This document shows, piece after piece, positions 44,675-54,875 of a stretch of 64,000 bases of DNA. The DNA comes from an uncultured virus (IMG/VR IMGVR_UViG_3300030380_005539) (Duplodnaviria; Heunggongvirae; Uroviricota; Caudoviricetes), in the IMG/VR virus record IMGVR_UViG_3300030380_005539, positions 1-64,000 of that record; one strand, 5' to 3'. The translations under genes were made by a program, and so were the position numbers. The notes below the pieces were generated by a model. The model saw only the letters and a list, made by a program, of their open reading frames with translations, was not told the DNA's origin and searched no databases. How positions within the stretch are numbered: the stretch's first letter is position 1; every line of letters begins with the position of its first letter.

Positions 44675-46150
44675 TCAGTGTAATTTGTCTACTTGATTGA
44701 CAATATTAAAGTTCATTACATTAGTATACTGTTTAACTTCTTGATTTGACGTTAATTTAATGTCTATATAATATTCATTAGGTATCATCCAAGAAGTATC
44801 CAATAAGAAATAATTAGATAGATATGCCATATTAACATCCCTCCAATCAATTACATTTACTTGTGTGTTTCCTTCAGTAACCCAAACTCTATATTCTAAA
44901 TTATCAATAGTTTTACTTTCGTCAACTGTAAAAGGTAACCTCGCAGATACTAAAATTTTTCTTACATCACCTCTTTTGATTCTTTCATCTCTTTTAACAC
45001 CACTTAATGACATTGCATAATCTACAGGAAGAGAATCATTATTACCTATTTGATAGTATTCACTTTCTGGTTTAATTTCAAATGATAATTCAACATTTTC
45101 AATATTTATACCATCTACTGTTAAATCACTCCATTCATCGAAGTATAATACACCACTTTCAACAGTATTTGGTACGAATACTTCTGCGTAATAAATTCCA
45201 GTTGAGACTTGTACTGTTTCTGTAATAGAAGAAAATATAGTGCCCTCATTATCATATATGGTAACACTAGGATTACTATCTAAATTTTTAGGTTCTCCAC
45301 CTACGTTACTATAAAGGTATATTTTATTATTTTTATTTTTATAGAAATTTTTTCTATCATCCTTAATTGGGTTATTATAATCAGTATCTAAAAATGGTTG
45401 GTAGTATGTCTGTGTATGTCTACTAAAAAAACCTACATATTGTGCAGGAACTATAATAGTTTCTTCTAATGGTGGGACAAAGGCAATTCCGTAACCATAA
45501 TTAGTTGTTCCACCAGTAATTAAACTATTAACTTCTTCAGTCATATCCATTTCAATATTTTCATTACCTTTATCAAAATGTTGTGTTGTAACTGTAATTC
45601 CTGTTACTGAAGGTGTTACTGTTGTATGACCTGTCAAACCTTCACAAGTTGATCCACTATCTCCATTAAAATCACAATAAGTTTCTGCAGAATAGACTCC
45701 CTCACTAGACCAAGGATTCAATGTATCTGCCAAAAACCAATTACTAGCACTTTGTACAAATGTAATGTCATTGTCGTCCTCTAATTTCATATATCTTTGG
45801 TAATCATAACCTGTACCTTCATCCCAATCTTGATTAACTCTAAATAACATTAATTCAAAAGAAGATGTTCGTTGTTTATCATCTAATACTTTTTGTGCTT
45901 GAAGATTACTATCAAAAAAAGAACTGTTACACATTCTTAGAGTATGAGTAACTTTAGATAAATCCCCTAATTCTCCATTATTATATCTATTTTGTAAATC
46001 TTCAACATCAAAGTATAATAAATGTCTAGTAAAATCAGTTTCTCCAGTTTTTCCACCATAAAATAATTCTACTATAGGATTTCTACCCGTATTAACGTCA
46101 CTATTTTTAATTATAGTGTTGTTTTTATCTATGTAAGTTCTTATTACCAT
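44675..46150 (-). CDS. putative virion structural (tail/baseplate-associated) protein
   Basis: 491 aa, beta-rich, WDEGTGYDY motif, TATTTAT upstream, next to the spike-like gene. Confidence 0.55.
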   Translation of the reverse strand: MVIRTYIDKNNTIIKNSDVNTGRNPIVELFYGGKTGETDFTRHLLYFDVEDLQNRYNNGELGDLSKVTHTLRMCNSSFFDSNLQAQKVLDDKQRTSSFELMLFRVNQDWDEGTGYDYQRYMKLEDDNDITFVQSASNWFLADTLNPWSSEGVYSAETYCDFNGDSGSTCEGLTGHTTVTPSVTGITVTTQHFDKGNENIEMDMTEEVNSLITGGTTNYGYGIAFVPPLEETIIVPAQYVGFFSRHTQTYYQPFLDTDYNNPIKDDRKNFYKNKNNKIYLYSNVGGEPKNLDSNPSVTIYDNEGTIFSSITETVQVSTGIYYAEVFVPNTVESGVLYFDEWSDLTVDGINIENVELSFEIKPESEYYQIGNNDSLPVDYAMSLSGVKRDERIKRGDVRKILVSARLPFTVDESKTIDNLEYRVWVTEGNTQVNVIDWRDVNMAYLSNYFLLDTSWMIPNEYYIDIKLTSNQEVKQYTNVMNFNIVNQVDKLH

Positions 46151-46171
46151 TTCTTTTTATTAATAAATATC

Positions 46172-47494
46172 TTAATTACTGTTAATGTTTTTATTTAATA
46201 TCCTATCTAAGTTAAAATTTAGAACATTTATTTTATTTGGTAATTCTGTTGCCGGCATTCCATGATAATTATGAATGTGTCCTGCAACATATGATTTAAC
46301 TAATTCTAAAAATTCTACTAATATATCTCCATATACTAAAGGGTGTGCGTCATTATTTATTTTATTTTGTTCTTCAGTAGAAATTAGTTCTTCAGGATTT
46401 GTTAAATTAAAAGTATGAGGCCCATCGTGACTAATTAAATTAATTTTATTACCTACCACATTAATTACACTACCACCCTTACCTTTATTAACTTCTGATT
46501 TTACAACTTTTATTGTTTTTTTAACCTCTTTTTTATTACCTTTAAAAAACGCAACACCAGTTTTTACTGCTAAATCACCACCAAATTCTTTTAATATTTC
46601 ATCTGAGTTAGATTTTAACTTCCATTTACCACTAATAAAAGGTTTAACTGCAGTGGTTGCCGCAATAATTGCTTCATCTCTAGTAGTAAATCCTGGATTT
46701 AAAAAATCTTGTTCAAAAACAGTAGACTTGTTTTTTATTTTACTAACATTTATTCTAACTACATTTTTAGTACTTTGACTATACTCATTAGGTGTTAAAT
46801 TACCTGCTAAAACTTCATTATCAACATTTAATGTGTCTATTTGAACATCAATTAGTGTTTCTGCTTTATCATAAACATAACTACTAATAACTTTATCTTT
46901 TAATGTTCTTACTAATTCATTACCACCATACTTTACTTGAATGTAACCTAAATCTTTATCGTTGAATTGATTTTTTTCTTCAGTATCTTTATATTTACCT
47001 GCTCTTAACCATATCTGCCCTTCTTTTAATATTACATCAGTATTACCTCTACTTTGTAACGCAATATCTTCATCATTCGGATAAACACCAGTTGTATTAC
47101 TTAAAGTTATATCAGGAATTTTAAATTTACCACCAGTCATTACTGACCTAGCATCTATAATAGGATCAAAATTCAATTTATTAGATTGGGATATTAAAGG
47201 ACCCATCCAAAACCTTTGACTTGTAAATTCAGTATATTTAATACCTTTCTTATGTTCATACTGAAATACTAAAACTAATTCACCTAATTTAGGCATTACA
47301 TTTAAAAAACGAGGAGTTAAAGGAACACAATACGGTAAAGAATTAACTGTAACATCACCTTTATCAATACCCTCAATTCGAACTTTAATTCTACCAGTTT
47401 TTTTAGGATCATAAACATCTACAACTTCACCTACCCTAATAAATGGTATTGTTTCTCTGTTTAACTTTTCATATGTAGCATTTGCAGTAGACAT
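46172..47494 (-). CDS. baseplate hub/spike-like protein (gp5/VgrG/gpV OB-fold)
   Basis: GEVVDVYDPKKTGRIKVRI...MPKLGELVLV; C-terminal HIH.YHG apex-like motif. Confidence 0.7.
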   Translation of the reverse strand: MSTANATYEKLNRETIPFIRVGEVVDVYDPKKTGRIKVRIEGIDKGDVTVNSLPYCVPLTPRFLNVMPKLGELVLVFQYEHKKGIKYTEFTSQRFWMGPLISQSNKLNFDPIIDARSVMTGGKFKIPDITLSNTTGVYPNDEDIALQSRGNTDVILKEGQIWLRAGKYKDTEEKNQFNDKDLGYIQVKYGGNELVRTLKDKVISSYVYDKAETLIDVQIDTLNVDNEVLAGNLTPNEYSQSTKNVVRINVSKIKNKSTVFEQDFLNPGFTTRDEAIIAATTAVKPFISGKWKLKSNSDEILKEFGGDLAVKTGVAFFKGNKKEVKKTIKVVKSEVNKGKGGSVINVVGNKINLISHDGPHTFNLTNPEELISTEEQNKINNDAHPLVYGDILVEFLELVKSYVAGHIHNYHGMPATELPNKINVLNFNLDRILNKNINSN

Positions 47495-47691
47495 TAATCA
47501 ATTCCTTTTTTTCTTTTTTCTAATATGTTATTACCTAAGAAGTATTCTTTTTCTAATTCATCTATTTTATCTAACAATTTAGATATTTGTGTTTTTAGTG
47601 ATAAGTGATATTCTTTTATACTTTCTAATTCATGTTTAATAGAAGCATTAGACATATTATTCCACTTTATTATTTCTTTTTCTTTTTCCAT
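47494..47691 (-). CDS. small coiled-coil hypothetical protein
   Basis: 65 aa, tightly packed operon. Confidence 0.65.
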   Translation of the reverse strand: MEKEKEIIKWNNMSNASIKHELESIKEYHLSLKTQISKLLDKIDELEKEYFLGNNILEKRKKGID

Positions 47692-48090
47692 TTATCTAAT
47701 TATACCTGCACCTTTTGCTTGACCAATTACTGGTTGATCATTAATTCCAAACCCAATGGGTGTTGGTCCTGCCGGAGAAATACTATATACGGTTACTTTA
47801 ATTTGTCCTTCAGGTATTACTACTTCTATTTTAGCATCTGTTAATAGAGCATCAACTATTGCCTCTATTCTTATCATTTCCATTGCTAAATCTTCTTCCG
47901 AAGGTACTTGAGGTAAACCAGCGTCTCCTTTTTGTGAAGCAATTCTAGACCATATTTTTTGTGCACTTAAACCAGGTCTTAATGGCATACCCAATGAAAT
48001 CTGTAATTTAGTTATTGGTGGTAATGGCGTTGGTGGTGACATTAAACCTTTTAAAAACTTAGCTATTGTATTTAATGATGTTATACTCAT
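47692..48090 (-). CDS. hypothetical protein
   Basis: 132 aa, tightly packed operon. Confidence 0.7.
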   Translation of the reverse strand: MSITSLNTIAKFLKGLMSPPTPLPPITKLQISLGMPLRPGLSAQKIWSRIASQKGDAGLPQVPSEEDLAMEMIRIEAIVDALLTDAKIEVVIPEGQIKVTVYSISPAGPTPIGFGINDQPVIGQAKGAGIIR

Positions 48091-48092
48091 AA

Positions 48093-49784
48093 TTAACAGA
48101 ATTTTCCTAACCCCTCTCCCTTTAAACCTAATGCGTCCTTAACTGAACCTAGATTTAATTTATTTGTAAAGTTACCCGCAACATTATTGGCTTTACTTAA
48201 ACCATTAGATATACCACTTATTGCTTTAAGTATTTTTAATTGAGCTTCTGGAGGTAATAAACCAAATCCTGGAACTAAAGATGTCATAGATAATTGAGTA
48301 TTCTTTATTTTTTCTTTTAATAATTTAGTTATTACACAGATAATTATCGGTTTTAGATTTTTTATTAACCATGGCAATAATAATTCATATATTAGTTTTT
48401 TAAGTAATTCTTTTAATATGTCTTTCCATGTACAAGAACTAGATTTATAATAACTTTTTAAAACACCTTTTGTCTCACCGTTAGTAAAATATTCCATCAT
48501 TTGGGTTAACATTTTATTTTTAGGTGAATTAGTCAACTTAAATATTTCTTTAGTCATATTACTTAATAATCTAATTAAAAATTCTAAACTTGCTTTAGGT
48601 GAATCAATTGGGTCTACGTTATTAGTTGTTTGATTAATAATATCAGTCATTCCCTTTTCTAATATTTCTACTTTTTCTCCATCATTAACTGCTTGTGACA
48701 TTTGGTTATTAATATCAACCAATGTTTGAGAATTTATCGATGCAGTTTTTTTATTACAACAATCAGTAAAAACCATTTCACCTTTTTTCTTATCTTCTAT
48801 AGTCTGTCTTATATTAGTAATTCTTCTCTCACTGAACTCAAATAAAGAATCGTCTAAAACAGTTTCTGTTTCATCTTCTAAACCAAACTCTAAAATTTGT
48901 TCAATATAGGCATCAGCCTCCATTTCTTTTTCAATACATCTATCACTAATTTGACTTCTTTTCCTTAACTCACTAATAGATACACCAAAAACTCCATCTA
49001 ATGCGGTAGTAAAAACAGTTTGTACATCAAAAAGTGGTAAAATACTATCTAAATACTCCATAGTAAAATCTGTTAATGTTTTATTTTGATAGTAATCATC
49101 TATTTTAACATTAATAACATTAGGTTCTGGATTAGTAGTTTGTGGATTATTTGTTGAACCGACAGTAAATGCCGTAGATGAATTTTCTAAAAAAGTAAAA
49201 TGTGCAATAGTTCTACCATTATTAGGATTAACCCACGGTATTGTTGCTGGAGTTTGTTGTATTACATCCCATAAAAATCTATTAAACCCATCATCATATT
49301 TTGTTGCACCTATTTCACTATTAGGATTTATTTTAAGTATACATCTTTCATCTATATCCTCAACTTTAATGTTAAAACCATTTCCTGATTGTCCAGTATC
49401 TGGATTATTTTTAAACATCCAAGGTCCAATATTAGGTTGGCATTTACATGTATAACAACTTTTTAAACCTTGTTTAAAAATATTGTTTAATCTATTTGAT
49501 AAAGGATCAATTACTGACACCAACCAATTAATTATTTTTGTTTTTATTTCATCTACTTTTAAATCACCGGCAACTGCTAAAATATCTTTTATAAAATAAA
49601 ATATTGCGAAATTTACATTTAAAGAAGGTAAAGAAGCATCTATAGAAAATTGTGGTGCACCATTACATTGAGACTTCAATCTTTTTATCTCATCTATAAT
49701 TTTTTGTTTAATATTCAGTTGTTCTTTTAACGTTTCAATATTATCACAAATTTTATTTAGTCTATCTCTTTTTCCTTCTCCCAT
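48093..49784 (-). CDS. hypothetical protein
   Basis: 563-aa ORF. Confidence 0.8.
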   Translation of the reverse strand: MGEGKRDRLNKICDNIETLKEQLNIKQKIIDEIKRLKSQCNGAPQFSIDASLPSLNVNFAIFYFIKDILAVAGDLKVDEIKTKIINWLVSVIDPLSNRLNNIFKQGLKSCYTCKCQPNIGPWMFKNNPDTGQSGNGFNIKVEDIDERCILKINPNSEIGATKYDDGFNRFLWDVIQQTPATIPWVNPNNGRTIAHFTFLENSSTAFTVGSTNNPQTTNPEPNVINVKIDDYYQNKTLTDFTMEYLDSILPLFDVQTVFTTALDGVFGVSISELRKRSQISDRCIEKEMEADAYIEQILEFGLEDETETVLDDSLFEFSERRITNIRQTIEDKKKGEMVFTDCCNKKTASINSQTLVDINNQMSQAVNDGEKVEILEKGMTDIINQTTNNVDPIDSPKASLEFLIRLLSNMTKEIFKLTNSPKNKMLTQMMEYFTNGETKGVLKSYYKSSSCTWKDILKELLKKLIYELLLPWLIKNLKPIIICVITKLLKEKIKNTQLSMTSLVPGFGLLPPEAQLKILKAISGISNGLSKANNVAGNFTNKLNLGSVKDALGLKGEGLGKFC

Positions 49785-49787
49785 TGA

Positions 49788-50171
49788 TTAATCTAATTCG
49801 TAATCGGTATTATTTTTTTCTTTTTGTTCGTTAAATAAATCCCTTAATAAACTTTTATCATCTTCACTTAAAGAACTATCATTGTTAATTTTATTGTCTT
49901 CTTTATTATCAGTGTCAACAATTTGACTTTGTAATTTGGCTAATGCTAACTTTCTATCTATAGTACCCTCTATTATTTTTAGTGTATCATTATTTACTTT
50001 ACCAATCATAGATTCATCATTAATATCCTCAATCTCCGCTCTATTTTTACGCTCATTAAGTTCTTTGCGAGCACTATTCATAACATTCACACAGTCGTTA
50101 TAAATTTCTTGCATAAATTCTTGTAAACTACCCTTATCTAAATTTATTTTAGTTTTCTTTGGTCTTCCCAT
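49788..50171 (-). CDS. hypothetical protein
   Basis: 127 aa; TATTTAT at 50187-50193. Confidence 0.75.
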   Translation of the reverse strand: MGRPKKTKINLDKGSLQEFMQEIYNDCVNVMNSARKELNERKNRAEIEDINDESMIGKVNNDTLKIIEGTIDRKLALAKLQSQIVDTDNKEDNKINNDSSLSEDDKSLLRDLFNEQKEKNNTDYELD

Positions 50172-50207
50172 AAGATATGTTTTTATATAAATACTGGAAA
50201 ATTAAAA

Positions 50208-50945
50208 TTATAATAATCCCTTTTCTATTTTGAATCCTTTTAATGCAGAGTAAATCTTTTTAAATCTTCTCATAGCTACACGTATGTCTTTAGTAGTTAA
50301 ACCTGATAATTCTCTAATATAAGCTAGTATTAAATTTTTATTATACTTATTACCACTTTCTACTTGTTCAAAAATAGTTTCCCAGTTATCTAAAACTTGC
50401 ATTAGAGAATTACCAACGGCTAATTCATTTTCATTTAATTTACCGTGTTCAATTTCAGCTTTAATATTTGCTGATATTTCTCTAATAAATTCATCTAATG
50501 GGGTTTTATCTCTTTCTTCTAATGTATATTGATAGTCATCCATTTCTTCTACAGTCTTATAAACATCATCATATGCTAAGTCTGTTTTCATTCTTTTATC
50601 AGACTTAAGTAATTGACCTAATAGGTAATTTTTACAAATAGTACCAAAATATGAATAGGCTTTTTTACCTTGTTCAGGTTCAAACTTATTCATTTTCATT
50701 GCTAAAAATGATAAGGTATCGGCATGAAGATCTTCGAACTCCATATCTTTCCTATAAAGTTTATATCTTCTTATTATAGACTCTATCATTTTATTTAAAG
50801 GTGCACGTAAACTATTATTATATATACGATTACGTTTATGATCATCTTCACAAGTTAAAAATTCTACAACCGCTTTTTCTTCTTCTGGTCCGAAATATAA
50901 ATTAGTGGTTCTTTTCCTACCTCTCTTTTTAGATTCTTCAGACAT
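50208..50945 (-). CDS. phage sigma factor, T4 gp55-like (late transcription)
   Basis: Sigma region-2-like EDLHADTLSFL...KFEPEQGKKAYSYFGTICKNYL. Confidence 0.65.
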   Translation of the reverse strand: MSEESKKRGRKRTTNLYFGPEEEKAVVEFLTCEDDHKRNRIYNNSLRAPLNKMIESIIRRYKLYRKDMEFEDLHADTLSFLAMKMNKFEPEQGKKAYSYFGTICKNYLLGQLLKSDKRMKTDLAYDDVYKTVEEMDDYQYTLEERDKTPLDEFIREISANIKAEIEHGKLNENELAVGNSLMQVLDNWETIFEQVESGNKYNKNLILAYIRELSGLTTKDIRVAMRRFKKIYSALKGFKIEKGLL

Positions 50946-51743
50946 TTAAGTTGTTTCTACATCATATGTTATTTCTCTGTCTTCGGTGAAAAAATATTCT
51001 TTTTTTGCTTTATTAACCCAAAATTTACTTTCTAATACATTAATATTGTTTTTATATTCGTCAAACAATGATCCAGCACGATTATTAATATGTTTATAAC
51101 CTAATTTAGGTATCACCATTATTTGTACATCTAAGTAACTTAATCGTAATAAAAATTCATAAGTAAAAGTTAATTTCATATGTTTTTTTAACCCACCATG
51201 TTCTTTAAATAATTCTTTATTAACTACCATACCATCAAAATTAAAATTTTGTATTTTTTGTAACGTCTCATGATCTAATAGTCCCATACTTTCTGATACA
51301 TTTTGCACCCAAACATTTTCATTAGTAAAAGAAATAAATTCACCATTTTCGTTACATTCAAAAATTATAGGTAAAAATACATCTACTTCAGGATATGCAT
51401 CTCTATACTTAACTACATTATCAAACCATATAGGGGATAATGAATCATCGTATTCTAAAAATGAGAAGTATTTAGATGTAGATTGTTCTACACCGTAATT
51501 TATTTGTGACTGAAAGTCGTAATCACCACTTTTATTTTCCACAACTTTTGTAATTGAGGATATATCACCGTATTCAAAGGAATTTAAAAAGTCTTTTAAT
51601 TTTTTATTTTTTGCATGTACGATTAAAACCTCATCCGGAAGTGTTTTTTGTTCATTAACACTTTTAATTGCTTTTTCAAAATATTCACTTACACTATCAT
51701 CTAACTTGTGAATTGGAATAATTAAACTAATATCTGTTTTCAT
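50946..51743 (-). CDS. glycosyltransferase, GT-A/GT2-like
   Basis: ISLIIPIH...AIKSVNEQ...NYGV...YFSFLEYDD. Confidence 0.8.
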   Translation of the reverse strand: MKTDISLIIPIHKLDDSVSEYFEKAIKSVNEQKTLPDEVLIVHAKNKKLKDFLNSFEYGDISSITKVVENKSGDYDFQSQINYGVEQSTSKYFSFLEYDDSLSPIWFDNVVKYRDAYPEVDVFLPIIFECNENGEFISFTNENVWVQNVSESMGLLDHETLQKIQNFNFDGMVVNKELFKEHGGLKKHMKLTFTYEFLLRLSYLDVQIMVIPKLGYKHINNRAGSLFDEYKNNINVLESKFWVNKAKKEYFFTEDREITYDVETT

Positions 51744-51752
51744 AACTATTTT

Positions 51753-52883
51753 TTATTTTGTTGTAATTTCTTCTTTTTTGTTATTTTCAGTCTCTTTAGC
51801 ATCTACTACACCTAATTCTGTTAGTCTTCTACTAAAAATTCTATTATATACCTCTTTAATGTGTTGTCTAGTTTCTTCTTCACTATATTTATTTTCATAC
51901 TCTTCCATCTTACTTAATACGTTCTGAGGTAACGCATCCTCTAAATATAAACCAACCATAGTGGATATCATGTCTGGTATAGCATTTAAATTAGTAACCC
52001 AAACACCATTATCTATTAACTTAAGTGATCCATTTTCATCTGTTTCACCCATCCATTCAGGTATCATTCTAGGAATTTTACCAATAACTGGTGTTTTTGA
52101 CTTAATAGCTTCTAGTGGAAATGTACCAAAACTTGATAATTCATCTACCCAAACACCTAAAAATGATTCAGATAAAGTTTTTGCAAATTCTTTTCTAGGT
52201 AAACCTGACATATCTCTAAAAGTTATAAAACGATAGTGAGGGTATTTTTGGAAAAATACTTTTACAATTTTCAAAATTTCTCTTTTATCTCTAGCAGAAA
52301 TAGCAATTGTAGGTATTTTAGGTTTATCACTATTTTTAAAATAATTAGGGATACCAATAGGAATTACTTCTGTAACTAAGTTTCTAAAAATTGACTCGGC
52401 ATACTTTTTTAAATTTTCATTAGTGGTTATTACTTCATTAATACCAAAGGCACTCCAATTTTCACCAATCTCTAACATTTCGAAAATGTATTCGTAAGAT
52501 TGTAAGAATACTATTCTTTTACAAGGAAAATTTACTGTTTGTTTCATAATACTAGCAAATGCTTCAGGAATTATTACAAAATCTTGTGGTCCCACTTTAA
52601 GTGTTTGAGATTCAATGGATATGTGTGGTAATTCTGCATATTCTTCACCCAACCATTCAGCAATACCCATACCTTCTTCATCACCTCTTAATTTGTAATC
52701 ATTTTTATCATGTAATATTTGAGCATTAAAACCTAATTCTCTTAATATTTTAACATGTTCATAAATGGTTGCCACACCTGCAGTGGGATTACCTTTAGTA
52801 TCTAAAGTAAAGAAGTAGATACCGAAATCTTTTTTAACTATCTTTTCGATAGTATCTTTTACTGTACTTTTATTTTCACTCAT
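51753..52883 (-). CDS. glycosyltransferase, GT-B/GT4-like
   Basis: PTAGVATIYEHV...VIIPE...SFGTFPLEAIKSKTPVIG. Confidence 0.7.
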   Translation of the reverse strand: MSENKSTVKDTIEKIVKKDFGIYFFTLDTKGNPTAGVATIYEHVKILRELGFNAQILHDKNDYKLRGDEEGMGIAEWLGEEYAELPHISIESQTLKVGPQDFVIIPEAFASIMKQTVNFPCKRIVFLQSYEYIFEMLEIGENWSAFGINEVITTNENLKKYAESIFRNLVTEVIPIGIPNYFKNSDKPKIPTIAISARDKREILKIVKVFFQKYPHYRFITFRDMSGLPRKEFAKTLSESFLGVWVDELSSFGTFPLEAIKSKTPVIGKIPRMIPEWMGETDENGSLKLIDNGVWVTNLNAIPDMISTMVGLYLEDALPQNVLSKMEEYENKYSEEETRQHIKEVYNRIFSRRLTELGVVDAKETENNKKEEITTK

Positions 52884-52905
52884 TTTTTCGTTTTTAATTT
52901 ATTTA

Positions 52906-53220
52906 TTATAATTCTTTTATTATACCTTTCATTAGTAAGGTGTTAAATGATAGTTTAAATGGTATTGGTAATTGATTTAATCCCATCATACCCATTTTAT
53001 CGTCTACTATATCATTATAACTAAGTAATGCACCAATTAAATCTCTATACATTTCGTATTTAGTTACATCTATTTTTAACGATGCTAAAGATTCATCTTC
53101 ATTAGTTTCTTTTGAATTGTCCTCACACTTAGTTTCAATGTCATATTGTACTTGATTTGCTAATTGATCGATATCGAAATAAAATTCTTTACCCCCCACA
53201 TTTAATAATATATCATCCAT
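52906..53220 (-). CDS. hypothetical protein
   Basis: 104-aa ORF. Confidence 0.7.
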   Translation of the reverse strand: MDDILLNVGGKEFYFDIDQLANQVQYDIETKCEDNSKETNEDESLASLKIDVTKYEMYRDLIGALLSYNDIVDDKMGMMGLNQLPIPFKLSFNTLLMKGIIKEL

Positions 53221-53276
53221 ATTAATCTTTTTTTTTTAATTTAAATTATTATTGTCATAAGTAAACATTAAACTGA

Positions 53277-53900
53277 TTATATATCTTCATATTCAATTGT
53301 TTCAGTACTTAAAATTTTTTCTAACATACTTTTATCTTCTAATAATTCTTTTAAATCAACTATTGTATAATCTGAGTTACAATTTTTATTGTACGTATTG
53401 ATAACTTTAATTGATACTTTTTCTGATGGTTTTGTTAATAATGTATCAGGAGACGCAGTTATTAATACATCAACATGTTCCCATTTATCTTTGTAGTCTC
53501 TTACAAATTTAATGGTATTTACTTTACAAGATAATTTAGATAAAAAGAATAATGTTGCCGGTTTACTATTATTTAACTCTTTACTAATAATAATTGGGGT
53601 ATGGCCCATATCCTCTATCATATTATGTAATTGGTTTAAGTGTTCCACAGAATTTAATTTTACTTCACCCGCATGTCCAAATATTTCTAATGATGCATCA
53701 ACATACATAAATTTGTTTAAGTCTTTTGTACCACCAGTAAATTCAAAATGACTCAATAAATTTAAATCTTTTATATCCCTTTCTATTTCTTTATTCTCAC
53801 CTGTTTCTTCATCAATAACAGGATAATATTTATCATACACTAATTCAAATTTTGTTATAAAATCTCTTACAACACCATCTATTGTTATACCTATTTTCAT
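53277..53900 (-). CDS. HAD/5'(3')-deoxyribonucleotidase (NT5C)-like protein with degenerate motif I
   Basis: MKIGITIDGVVRDF (DxD replaced by TxD); NTYNKN tail. Confidence 0.6.
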   Translation of the reverse strand: MKIGITIDGVVRDFITKFELVYDKYYPVIDEETGENKEIERDIKDLNLLSHFEFTGGTKDLNKFMYVDASLEIFGHAGEVKLNSVEHLNQLHNMIEDMGHTPIIISKELNNSKPATLFFLSKLSCKVNTIKFVRDYKDKWEHVDVLITASPDTLLTKPSEKVSIKVINTYNKNCNSDYTIVDLKELLEDKSMLEKILSTETIEYEDI

Positions 53901-53924
53901 TTTTTTAATACTTATTATATTTTT

Positions 53925-54875
53925 TTATTGTTGAGATGTAACTATTGATTGATTTTTTGTTCCTCTAATTTTGTCATAATTAGTCTCAAACCAACTTATA
54001 GTTTCACTTAAACCTTTATAAATTGGGGTGAATTTAAAATTAGGTAAATAATGTTTTATTTTACTATTATCCGAAGGTTTTCTGTACTGTCCATCTGGTT
54101 TATTAATATCCCATTTAACTTCACCTTTAAAATTCATTATTTCTATAATCATATCAACCACTTCCTTTATTGATATTTCTTCAGAAGTGGATAAAATTAT
54201 TGGTTCATCTTCGTTATAATTATGTAATACCCATTCAGTAAGTTTAGCAACATCTTTATTATATATAAATTCTCTTAAAGGTTTTCCACTACCCCAAATA
54301 GTTAAGGGAGTATTAGTTTCTCTTGCGATGTAACATTTATGGATTAAAGAAGGTACTACATGTCCATTTTCTATATCGAAATTATCGTTTATTCCATATA
54401 TGTTAGTAGGTATGACTGATTTATAATTTAAACCATATTGTTCTCTATACGCTCTTATTTGAATGTCTGCCATTCTTTTGGCATATGCATAAGCATCATT
54501 ACTAAAATGTGGTGGACCCATATGTATATTTTTTTCCGTTAATGGGTATTCTACATCATTTGGGAACACACAGGTTGATAAGAAACAAACTAAGTTTTCA
54601 ACACGAGTTTTTCTCGCAGTTTCAATAACATTAGTATTAATCATTATATTTTCATAGAAAAACTCACCTTTAAAATTCATATTACCACCTAAACCACCTA
54701 CTTTAGCTGCAGCATGAATTACACCATCAAAAATCTCTTCACTCATACTTTTCTCAACTGAATATTTATTACGTAAATCACAATGATCTCTACCCCAAGT
54801 TACATAGTTTTTTTTACCTTTAAAGTTAGAACCAACTAACCCATTACCACCCGTTACTAAAATTTTTTTACTCAT
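53925..54875 (-). CDS. fcl: GDP-L-fucose synthase
   Basis: GGNGLVG, HAAAKVGG, STCVFP, YAYAKR, PTNIYG, HVVPSLI, WGSGKPLREF. Confidence 0.92.
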   Translation of the reverse strand: MSKKILVTGGNGLVGSNFKGKKNYVTWGRDHCDLRNKYSVEKSMSEEIFDGVIHAAAKVGGLGGNMNFKGEFFYENIMINTNVIETARKTRVENLVCFLSTCVFPNDVEYPLTEKNIHMGPPHFSNDAYAYAKRMADIQIRAYREQYGLNYKSVIPTNIYGINDNFDIENGHVVPSLIHKCYIARETNTPLTIWGSGKPLREFIYNKDVAKLTEWVLHNYNEDEPIILSTSEEISIKEVVDMIIEIMNFKGEVKWDINKPDGQYRKPSDNSKIKHYLPNFKFTPIYKGLSETISWFETNYDKIRGTKNQSIVTSQQ

